A stretch of 64,000 bases of DNA, from NCBI RefSeq assembly GCF_052425735.1, contig NC_135770.1, positions 27,776,001-27,840,000 on the forward strand, given 5' to 3'. This document shows positions 13,801-25,084 of the stretch, piece by piece. The notes beneath the pieces were generated by a model that did not search any database, was not told the DNA's origin, and saw only the letters and a list, made by a program, of their open reading frames with translations. The position numbers and the translations under genes are program-made. Within the stretch, counting starts at the first letter, position 1. Every line of letters begins with the position of its first letter. Origin of the DNA: Oculina patagonica (lineage: Eukaryota).

Positions 13801-16800
13801 TTATTGATGTGAGACTTTCCTTCGAGTGCTACTGTGTTAGTTAGCACCACGAATTTGGCAGAAAATGTACATCATTAAGACACTACTAGTTTGTGATTTT
13901 TTTCTTTATTTTTATCACTCGCCTGTCTGCTTTGCAATGTATTGTCATTGTAAAGTGAACTTAGATGTCAATCACTTGTGCAAATTCTTGAAATAAACCC
14001 TTTCACCACTATAAAATTATATATTAATTTAAATGCTGCATGACAACCACAAAGGACCCAAAACACAAAGTACTAAGTAAAAAAAATAAAGAAAATAAAG
14101 AAAAAGCAGACACCGCTTTGATGATGGATCACCATTTGTATACCTTAGAGTTAGCATTACAGTTACGGTTAGTTTTAAGGAATACGATTTTGTAGGTTTA
14201 CATTTGTGGTTTAGTCTATGGTTATGGTTAGGGTTAACCAAAGGATTTGAGTTAGACAATGAATTATTATTCTAGTTGCATAAATTTGACTTGGGAGGTT
14301 TAGTGGAAGGCTTGCACTAGAACTACCTACTTTGTTTGGCCTCCTGGGCTCTTTTTATTTCACATTATGCAAAACTAATTACATTGTATGCAGTCGGCTG
14401 TGGCTTTTTATTTACTGAATAATTTAAGAAGCCTTGAAAATAAACACTTTTTTAAGAACAATTCTAAAGACAATTCTATAGACCAAAACATTTTAAGTTC
14501 AATTCTTCAAGTAGATGTCCTGATAACTGTAATCAGTTCATAAAAATTGTTTAGTGGTCATGGTTTCAACAACAAAATAAACCAATCAAGATGGTGGAAG
14601 ACCACGCATTTGAAGCTTTGCAATCCAAGTCACACTCTTGGCTTATGTTCACCCAATGTCTTGCATGGTTTATTTTGCGCAGCCGGGAGAGGTTCAAATA
14701 AAAATATGCCACTGGAACGGTAACCTTAAAAATTCATTCAAGATAGTTGCATCCTGCTGAAGTAGTAAAAGTATCAAGATTGAAAAAATCTAACAAAATG
14801 TTTACTTTCCTTTGAAAACATGACTTGTCTTTGTTGTTATATGCATTTCTTATTACTGGAATTTAATCATGTTGAACTTTTATGTTGCTTTGACTAGTAA
14901 CTACTTTTAAAGTCAGTACTTTAAGTGCCGAATGATTTTCATTTTAAACAGCCTATGTAAGTGGTGAAAGGGTTATAAAACAGAATGTAGTTTGCATGAA
15001 TGGATGTACAGAAATGACAAAAAGCAGAAATGTGATGAATCCTATCTTTAGTTAACAAACCATGAGTTTGGACGTCTATCATGCCTTACTTACCGACAAT
15101 AGAAACACAATTTCAATGGTCACGGTTTCAGCGTGAATACTTTCGCTTTGATAGAAATCTTCAGTTACATCTTAGATGGATGGAAAGGGATAAAGCCAAT
15201 GCAGAATTATTTGTCAGACTCCTTCATCTATTTCAGATACTCATGATCATGTTTTCTCACTAAGCCACAAATTACATGTACGCACGATAGTTGCGTCACT
15301 GTTTCATACGGTATCTGACTGCGTCACCGAAACTAGAAGTAATAATTGCATATTGAAGAAATTGGTAAGTAATAGCTTGGAATTGATACTCATACTTCAA
15401 TCTGTCTTCGACAAACTTGTTACTCCTTTTTTGGCAGGTTTTTGCAAGGATTGTAATGTTGCATACTGAAGAAATTTGCCGCAAATAAACTTGGCAAGGC
15501 TTCTTGTACTTTAATCTGTCTGACAAGTTAGGGTGACTGCCTATTTCGGCATATTCTGATGCAGTACACTCAACTCTTATGAAGTGCAGACTTCTCATTC
15601 TCTTTGTTCTTTGAGAACATAACAAGACTACATTGTACTTACAATGGTCTTAATTTTGAACGACATGAACCATGCAAAGAGAAATCACTTCACTGGGCAA
15701 GCCGTCATTTTCTCTTCGGCAACAGATTATTATTTTTCCCTCATACACTGGCACAGATTTTAGTTACACCTAGTCAAAAGGCAAGGTTGAGTGGTCGTAG
15801 ATAAGGGGTTTTGCACAGGAGCACAGCCTCACTTAGCCATCAATGATGATCACTGCATTTTGTACCATATTACCTCTTTTCAACTGTTCCCTTTCCTGGC
15901 TGACTGTCTGCCGTCTTGTCTTGGTCTCCTCATCCATAGATTCCACCATTTTGGCAATGGCGTTATCAAGAACAAGAGACCTGACTGGTCTTCCCATTAT
16001 GGGTTGACGGCAGATCGGGCAGTTGTTCTTCTTCTGAAGCCAGGATTGCAAGCAGTATTCACAGAAGGAGTGGGCACATGGCAAAGTAGTAGAATTAATG
16101 AAAAGGTCTTGGCATATAATGCATGTAAACTCATCCTCCATCTGTTCTATAACTGTTTTCCTTGTGGCTTCTTCAACCCTCTTGGTCTCTTCTTGCTGCT
16201 TAAGAAGCTCTTCATTTTTGGACTCCACAATCTGCCGCAGTTCCTGTAATGTGGATTCCATCCTTCTTTCATTGGCTTCCAAGTCTTGCATTCGAGCTTG
16301 GGAAGCTTTATAGTTTTCTAATTCCACGTGCAGCATATTCTGCCGAGCTTCTTTTTCAGCAATCACTTTCTCTAGTGCTTCCTTTTGCCTAGTCAGCTTA
16401 TTTTCTAGCTCTTTGTCTTTTTCTTCCAACTTTCTGTTCAATTCCTCTTGCAGCTGAACCTCCACTTGCTCCTTTTCTGCAATCAGACTTTCTTTTTGGC
16501 TTTTTAACTCCTGGTTCAGTTGTTCTTCCTTCTGAACCAACTTTTCTGCAAACAGTGTTTTAAGTGCATTTTCAAGCTCCTGTTTTTCCTGTTCTAATGT
16601 AGCCTTCTGGTCTAACAGCTTGGCTTGCAAATCTTTTTCTGTTTGTTCCAACTGCAGGACCACATCAGCATGACATTTTTCCTTTTCCTCTAAAGAAACC
16701 TTCAACTTTTGAATCTTTTCTTCAGCTTTGCTGATGGCTTCATGTACAGCAGGATGATCTGTACTTGATGACAATAAGTTTACATTGCTTCCACTTTCTG

Positions 16801-18563
16801 CCAAAATCTTTCTTTGTTTAACTGAACTGCCTTTGCTACTCGACAGAGCTGTATCTGCACAACGTTTCCGACCTTTTCCTGCATGTTCGAACATATACTC
16901 AAACTCTGGTGGACTAGTGTCTATTCCTACACCAAACGCTATTTTGTCACCAGGTTCTAGCACATGGTGGGTGTTGGGCTGAATCCTACTGCCATTGATA
17001 AAGACTCCGTTCAAACTCTGAAACACAAATTAAAACAAATGCAATAAAAATGTATTAGTTGACTCAAGGGGTGATGATAAATTAGTATTTCATGAGAATA
17101 GACATAGACATAGACAGAGTTTATTTCACCAAGAAGAGCTCAGGAGCTGTAGCTTGTTAAAACGCTCTGGTAAAATAAAAAGGTTTAAATTATAAACTTC
17201 TTCCAATTCCCTTGTTCGTACAAGTGCATAATTATATACAATACCTTGTTGCTGACTTTAGGCCTTTTGGTTGATTAAATATGTAAATGGGATATCTACA
17301 TATACCTAACTTCAAAAAGTGCTTGCAATTTAGGCTGAAATCATGCCAGAAATTTAAAAAGTTCTAAGCTTCCTGTCAGCATTTCGCTCTCATACTCACT
17401 GGCTGATAGTCACTTCCAAATTACAGGAACTTCAAACACAAATAAAAGAAATGGGGGTGAAAATGACTTTAAAGCTGAAATTTAGACATGGCTGGGATAA
17501 TAACATTCTTGGCAATTTGTCGCAGAATCTATTGTGTTGATAAATTTTTGTTCTGTGTTGGGGTTTTGGGGTTTGGGGGGGGGGGGGGGGGGTAAACAAG
17601 TAGACAACAACTAAGGTTTGTGGCAAGAATTCTGTCCATACAATATTTTTCATCAAATGAACTAAAGGAAAATAAGTAATATTTTTTATTATTATTTATT
17701 AATAAGTATAAGTAACAATCTTCAAAGCTAGTCTTCAATATCCCATGCCATATCCCATCACAAAGGTATCACACTAACATAAAAGCACAGTGATCTGAAC
17801 ATAGTACACTTCAAGGACAAACAATTGACTTTCTCTGCGAACAAATTCATTTCGCATATATTTACGGTCATCTAAACATTTACTCAAACTCGTCGTAACA
17901 AGATATTAGCAAAATAAGAAGGGAGAGAAAGTTCAGTATCCCCTCTGCTTAGTGGAAAAGCTAAAAGCTTAAAGGTTATGACCAATATTCTTAAGCCAGC
18001 TGTTTAAAGTGCAATTTAAACTGCGTAAGAAACCTTTGTTCGAAAGTCAAATTTTAATTTAAGGTGGTCTTTTGTGTGTTATCCAACCAGCTGCATCCTA
18101 TCTAAACTCATTGAATATTCATCAACGAAAAACAACAACAAACGCTGCCAAAAACCCTCCTTCGCTCCCTGCAAATATAAATTTTCAATCGAGCTCCTAA
18201 ACTAAACCAAAGCCCAGACAAAAATCAGTAAGGAAATATCACAATGAGAAACGTTTCCAAATAAAAATATTAAGCTAAATTATCCTTTCATTTTTAACTT
18301 CCCTTATAAAAAATGTTAAAAGCTGTATACTTTACCTCATGGTCAGTTATGGTCCATTTGCCCGCCGAAACAGAAACCGTGGCATGTCTTCGAGAAATCA
18401 TAAGCGGGGTAGTTTTAGACATTAAACGGACATTTGTATCCGGAGATATTATTCTACCAAAGGTTGTCGGTCTGTCAGGCAAAAGTAAGATGCTGTTTGG
18501 GCATAAGGAATCGTTTTTCCCGCTAACGGGAACCGTTTTCCGAAGACAAGCTTCGTGCGCCAT
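10866..18563 (-). CDS. RNF8: RNF8-like E3 ubiquitin ligase (FHA, coiled coil, C3HC4 RING, low-complexity tail, CCHC knuckle), about 593 aa
   Basis: Exons 18563-18336, 17017-15874, 11800-11435, 10909-10866; GT-AG with phases 0,1,1. FHA motifs FGR..., PLMISRRHA, SLNGVFING; RING CIICQDLFINSTTLPCAHSFCEYCLQSWLQKKNNCPICR closely resembles vertebrate RNF8. Exons 1-2 are high confidence; joining exons 3-4 to them is inferred. Confidence 0.85.
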
Positions 18564-19058
18564 TAGCAGTGTTTACTAGATGACGTAACAGTGCGCATGT
18601 CTGAATATCTGAGCAACAAGAGAATTTGAGGGAGGGGTAGACAGTGTGTCAAGAATTAATCCAGAGGGGTGGGGGAGTAGTTAAAGGTGGTGGACTGCCA
18701 TTATTTCCGAAACAAAAAAAAACAGGCAAGAAAAAATGTGAAAGTTTGCGATAAAATAATAAAACCTTTGAAAAAAAGACAGATTTGTAAACGACAGATA
18801 ACGCGCTGTTTAAAGAACAAAACGGGTAAACTTGTCCTTCTCCACCCACCTCTCCCTCGTGATGAAAATAATTCTTCACATCACACGTCACGCAATAGTT
18901 GGTTGTGCACACTTCTGATGCCAGCGGATACTTTGGATTATGCAAGAAGCAATGCATAAGATACGTTAGAAATTGTAGTTGAACAACGATTTATTATAAC
19001 AATTCAAGATTAGAAACAAAGTTTGTGCAGATCAGATTCTTTGTTTACTCTCGTTGGA
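18564..19058. promoter_or_regulatory. Candidate bidirectional promoter region between RNF8-like and SLC16-like start codons
   Basis: Divergent ATGs are separated by only 495 bp; CRE-like tgacgtaa (18581), NRF1-like gtgcgcatg (18591), cacgtcacg (about 18884). Confidence 0.55.
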
Positions 19059-22000
19059 ATGAAGTGCTGTAGAATTTTCGGGTCAACTTCACCCGTACAA
19101 TGCAAAAGCATTTGCAGAAAAGAACTTGACAGTCCTCGGTCGTGGCTGGTTTGTTTTTGTGCCACTATAATCATTGCTTTAATGTTTGGTGTCTCGCTCA
19201 ATTTTGGCGTTCTGTTCCCAGTGTTAATGGACTACTTTCAAGAGTCACGGGAGCGTACAGGTAAGAAAACGTAATAACATAGAACTAGAGCCGCCTAGCT
19301 TTGCAGCTTTGCGCCACAGGAAAGTACAGAAAAGTGTAGAAAGGACAAATTATTTAATGAGCACCTATGCACCTATGCATCTATCAGTGTTAAGCCGCAG
19401 GAGGGGAAGGCCGGGCAAAGGATAGGCATTTGAACTTGTAGCCGAGACTGTATGTTCAAATGCCCCACCACGAGGCATTTGTGGATGGTCAAAACAACTT
19501 CTTTAACATTGTGTTAGAAAGTCCACAAAGATGGTCAAAAGTCCCCACTGTGGGCAGACAGTTGCTGCCACATCCCCTGCCCCCCACATCCCCACCCCTG
19601 TGCATTTTACGGGGTGGCCAGTGATCGATTTCCATTGCACAGCAATTTCTAAGTAAAAAATGTATATGTAAAATTAATACCCCAATCACAGTTTTTGGAA
19701 GCCATCTTGAAAGGTAAGCAATACCCGATTCCCTCTATTCCGCTGGTTTGTGTTTTTTCATGTAGGCAATTGCAACATCGTCAGAAATTTCAGTGTTTGT
19801 ATGGGAATCTAATGGCAAATAATTTTTCCATGAACCTCACCCCTACAACGTGAGAGTTGCTTAATCTGGTGGCCAAAACAAAAGTTTACCCTCACTCTCC
19901 CCCCCTCCCCCCACCACCAACCACTTTCCCATCAAATGCATGTGAACACTTTGTCCCCTTACCCCCTTACCCCCTCCCTGCCCTTTGGCACCTCTGGATC
20001 AGTTCTGCCACACTGTTATTAGAATACCATAGGTAGCATTCTAGCATAAAATCATGGTTTGTTTTAATCACGTGAGCAGGAAAATCACATAAGCAGGGAA
20101 CGTTTAGTAAGCTAATTCCCATAATAGCAGTATTTTTTTTGTGTCTTACATAGCCTGGGCTGGTTCAATTGGAATAGCATTTACATTTGCCCTGGGCCCT
20201 TTGACCAGTGCATTGGTGAATCGACTTGGCTGCCGCTTAACTGCCATCATTGGTGGATTGTCATGTGTCAGTAGCCTGTTGCTGTCATCTCTTGCCTCGA
20301 GTATCTTCATCATATATATAACTTACAGCGTTTTGTTTGGATTTGGTGGCAGCTGCCTTTTTGTTTCATCCTATGTGATAACATCACTGTACTTTGATAA
20401 CAACCGTTCTATAGCAACTGGCATTTTAGCATCTGGGACAGGGCTGGGTGTTTTTGCTGTTGCGCCAATCCTACAAGCCTTGCTGGACTCCTTTGATTGG
20501 AGAAAGACTTATCGCATAACTGCAGGAATCTTTTCCATTGTTTGCGTTCTCTGCTTGACATTTGATCCTACTGTTACAAAGAAAGGAGAAAGCCAAGACA
20601 CTGAAGGGGAGAAAGAAGAATTGGAATATCAAGCTGAGCAAGAAGAGAGGACAGTAAAAATCCCAAACAAGTGGATGGACTTTTCTGTATTTAAAGAGAA
20701 GATGGTTGTTGTGTTAACACTTTCATTCACTGTGGCATTTTTAGGACACCACACTCCAAGGTTACATTTGGTAAGGTTCTGTTGTACTATAGTATGTAAA
20801 TCTACTGACCGAGCCCAGGAGGCGCAAGCTTCTTGGGGGATCCGGGGGCATGCTTCCCTGGGGATTTTCAAATCTCCCAGGAAGAAGGAAAACCAGAGAA
20901 CCCAGAGAAAAACCCTTGAAGCAAGGACAAGAACCAACAACAAACTCAACCCACATATGGCGCCAGCTCCGAGAATCGAACCTGGGCCACATTGGTGGGG
21001 GGGGAGGGTGCACTCTCACCACTTCACCACCCATGCTCCCCTATATTTCAAAAGGGATAAATAATTTAGGCTTAAAAATACCTAAAATTGTAGGTTTCTG
21101 ATGAATTGACTATCACTTAAAGAAAATGTGGGAAGTAGTTTGTTATTGCCAGTAAATAAAAAAAAATGTGGCTCATAGAAAACTGTTGAATAGTCCACAG
21201 TAGGTTTAATAAGGAATTTCAAAAACCTTCTGTCGTTAAACAAATTATAATCTTCATTCTTAAAATTTTGCAGGTAAAATTCTCAGAAGACCTCCATGTG
21301 TCAGCAGATGCTGCGTCAAGGCTTTTCATTTATATTGGTATTACCACGTTCATTGGTAGACTGCTCAGTGGATTCCTGTGTAACATGCGCTGTGTAAATC
21401 CCATCTATGTGTTCATGGCTGGACTCATTCTAGATGGCTCATCTGTTGCCTTTCTTTCTCAAGCTAAAAACTATGGGCAGCTTATAGCATTTGCCTTTTC
21501 CTATGGTTTGGCAGATGGTCTTCTAATTGGCACTTTTAATATTACCATTCTCAATTGTGTAGAGCCTAGAAAAAGAGCATCAGCATTTGGTTTAAGTGCC
21601 ATCTTCTACGGGATAATGGTTGCAACTGGCCCTCCTTTAGCAGGTACTTTTTATTATTTATTACAGTAGAAGCCCATCTGTAGGGTGGTGTGTTGGCCTA
21701 ATGGTAAGTCATTGGACTCAGGATGGTTTAAGCCGTGCTCAAGGGCACTGTTTTGTCTTCTTGGGCAAGACACTTTACTCTCATATAGTGCCTCTCACCA
21801 TGACCCAGGTGCTGGGGGTAACCCTGTGATGGACTAGTATCCCATCTATAGCGGAATAGAAACACTCCTAGGCTAGTTGTTTTATGAGACCAGGATAAGC
21901 TCCAGCATGACAAGTTACTAGGCTTAGTTCAATCACATTCTCTAAACACAACAGGGACATTACATTATTTTGAAGTTTGTATGCAAGTATCTAGGTAGTC

Positions 22001-22558
22001 ATATAGTAACAAATAAAGGAAGCTCCTCAACCATCATGTAGGGAGGCGCTTAATGGTTAGCGTCCTCGACTCCGAGTTGAACGGCCCGGATTGAGTCCTC
22101 TCTGGGGCCCTGCATTGTGTTCTTGGGCAAAACACTTTACTTTCACAGTTCCTCTCTCCACCCAGGTGTATAAATGGGTACCAGCGAATTTACTGCTGGG
22201 AGGTACCCTGCGATGGACTGGCATCTCATCCAGGGGGGAGTAGCAATACTCTCAGTTGCTAAATGCTACGGAAACTGGGATAAGCTCCGACTGTATGGGC
22301 CACTTGGCTCAGACACATACTTCACCTTTTACCTCAACCATTGTGCCTTCTTTTTCTTTTGCAGGTTTTATGACAGATCGTCTCCATACTTATACGCCAT
22401 CTTTTATCCTGGCTGCTGTCTCAGAATTTACAGGAGCGGCGTTGCTTCTAATTCTTGTGTGTGACAAAAAGAAGATGCAGAAACACGACTTATTGGAATC
22501 TGGAGAAGGCTTTCAAAACGAACATTTTGATGTTATGGTGTGGGAGACACATGTGTAA
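19059..22558 (+). CDS. Monocarboxylate transporter-like MFS protein (SLC16 family), about 460 aa
   Basis: Exons 19059-19260, 20154-20770, 21274-21643, 22365-22558; GT-AG and in phase. Motifs DSPRSWLVCF, LVNRLGCR (MFS loop), GRLLSG, GPPLAGFMTD; many hydrophobic segments with an acidic central loop. Confidence 0.9.
20886..21040 (-). mobile_element. tRNA-derived SINE fragment (second family) in SLC16 intron 2
   Basis: Minus strand gggagcatgggtggtgaagtggtgagagtgcac...ccaggttcgattctcgg (B-box-like), then gggttgagtttgttgttggttc. Confidence 0.65.
21682..22335 (+). mobile_element. Two SINE copies (about 21682-21925 and 22041-22335) of the 4208-4502 family
   Basis: Shared blocks ttcttgggcaagacactttactctca, cctctc...cacccaggtg, ccctgcgatggactggcatc. 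Confidence 0.75.
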
Positions 22559-24851
22559 ATGTCAATGGCGCCATGTACTAATGTCATGCCTTGAGTCCTC
22601 AATCATTTTGGTCAGCGGATTGAATGTTTGGTGCTGACCAAAAAAATTGAGGGCTCTGAGTACAAGAGCGTTGATCTAACCAGCCAGGTTCTAAGGATAC
22701 TTATAAACTTGCCTGTTATTTTAAGCAAAACAATCTCTTATTTCATTTCAGAATAGTTTCAACTTGTCCCGTGATCTATGATTGCAATGAAAGTGTCCAC
22801 ATTATGGAGGTTTTCGTATTACAGAGGTATAGCTTATATGAATTTTGATCTTTTTCGGAACATTGAAATGAACTGTCAACTCTTCATAGTAGGGTCGGTC
22901 CATATTATAGAGGTATCCATACAGAGAGGTTTGACTGTACTGACATCAAGTTCTTTTTAACCAAAAAAATTTAAGAAAACTCATTCACGAAAAAACAAAA
23001 AATGTGTAAGGAGAGATCTCTAAATATTTTTTACACTTAAGATATAAAATATTTTTTTTCAAAGGAATTCCATTTATAATTGGTAAAAAGTTAATATTTA
23101 TTTATTGCAACATACTCTAATTTTTCTGTCATAATTGTTATTTAAAATTTGTTTAAAATGCATAATAGCCGGATTATTGTTTTTCAGTCTTCAGTCAAGG
23201 TATGAATTTTACCTCTATATAAGACAAACAAATGATAGCATCAAGTTATAGGAGGCATTGCAACTTGTAACTTACATCGTTTCAAAAACATTGCGAACAT
23301 GTACAATCAGATGGTGAATAGAGTGTTTTCATGGCAGCCATGATAAAGGAGTGAAACAATTTAAGATATTTGCATTAAAAAAAAATTTCCCAAAGGAAAA
23401 TCGTTCTATTGTTTCACTCCTCCAATATGGCTGCCATGAACACACTGTATAGACTCAGGAGTTTCTTTACAAAAAGTACTGATTAAGTTTGTGAGATATT
23501 CTGTTACAAAGAACTCATTTGTAGTTGAATTGGGTGAAACTTTAATTTTCAATCTGATCTAGTCTGTTAAATACGTAAGATAATTGACTTCCTGGAAAAT
23601 TACCACCTTTAATCTAGATAATGATTGTGCCAATAAAGGGCAAAGACAAAAGTACATCGACTGTTAATGTTGTAAGTCTGTTAAGTCTACATCTCTACAC
23701 ATAAGCCCCTCTCTTTCATAACCACCCTCTAGAATTTCATTTTTTTTTTTAATAAGACCTACCCCCTCTTACTAAACGCATTTGCCTTTAGGCTTTTCCA
23801 TAACGACTCCTGTGACAAAAACGTCGCAATGCAACGCGTGCTGACTACTTAAGGTAAAAGTGATTAGGGATCAAAGGCATGAGATCGAGGATCACAGGCA
23901 ATGTGATCAGCTTGTGAGAGAATCATGGATCACGGGTTTTTTTTTGCAGCACCTCAACCCGGTGCCTCTCTAGCCTCCGTTGCAACCGGCGATGGGTCTT
24001 TCAATCAGTCGCGGACTGGAGAGAATATTTTCGCGGGGTCGTCTATAATAATAATAATAATAATAATAAAAGATTTATTTCATCTACTCCCCCAGTCCGC
24101 GCTCGCTGATTTTCTTTTCGCCCTACATACTACTAGGTAGCCTGATATAAGGATCCCATCCACAGGCTAATGTAGTGTTGCACATTTGTATAGACATCCG
24201 GGACCCTGTCCGGGACTCTCATAGCGCGGGAAACGGTGGTCACGTGTCGAGCGAAGGAGTGTGTTTTGTATGCTTAGTGCGTATGTGAAGTGCTACTTTG
24301 TGAGATCGAGTTGCTGGCCTTTGTGGCCTTTAGGAATACTACAGCTAACTTTTCCATTGGCTTTTCCGTTTCGCGTGGTATGATACAGAAACTATAGAAT
24401 GAGTTCTCAAGCTTAAGAAGCTTGACTCCCGGAAATTTCCCCCAAAACGTAAATTTAAGCTACACATGCCTATTTCTGGCTTCGAACGATTGCAGCCAAA
24501 TTGTACAAAACGTGATTTGACGGTGGAAAGAAACATTTTTAAATTTTTAGTTTGGGGCACGTTTTTTTTATTTTTTTTCGTTATCTTTTTCTTTCTTTTG
24601 TTGTTTTGTTGGCCTATCATTCGCCTTTGTTCGCAATGGAAACATTTTGACTGAAACGTCAAGGAAACTCAAAGTGTCAATGATATAGGGAAGGTCGCGT
24701 TTTTCGTTTTTTAAAAGGACAAAATTCGTTAGTTTATTGTGTGAATCCATGGCTTTTCACCTCACGATGCGGTTCTGGCATACCGTTGTAAGACTTTCCC
24801 ACTTTTTTAGCCAGTTGATTAACAAAAAAACTTCGGGCGTGAAAGGTGACG

Positions 24852-25084
24852 TTAGCGACGGACCATTATTTTCTTGGAGGGGGGGAATGAAAAATTTTCC
24901 TCTGCAAACTTTTTTTTTTTAGTTTATGCACCTCTGCAAACATTTTTTTCAAAATTCTTACTATTTTTGTCATACATATCGTGTTTGCAAACAATTTATT
25001 TTGTCTTTCCAGGCCCTGCAAACAATTTTTTCAAAATTTTTCATCCCCCCCCCCCCTCCAAAAAAATAATGGTCCGTCCCTTAC
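24852..25084. mobile_element. MITE
   Basis: gacggaccattattttcttggagggggg...cccccctccaaaaaaataatggtccgtc inverted ends. Confidence 0.7.

Noticed and set aside
14140-14260. Interstitial telomere
   Set aside because: Only degenerate GGTTAN-type hexamers with about one true TTAGGG; more likely part of a dispersed repeat.
20771-21064. C-terminal extension of the 307-aa ORF
   Set aside because: Read-through into intron 2 and a SINE; the transporter continues in the exon at 21274.
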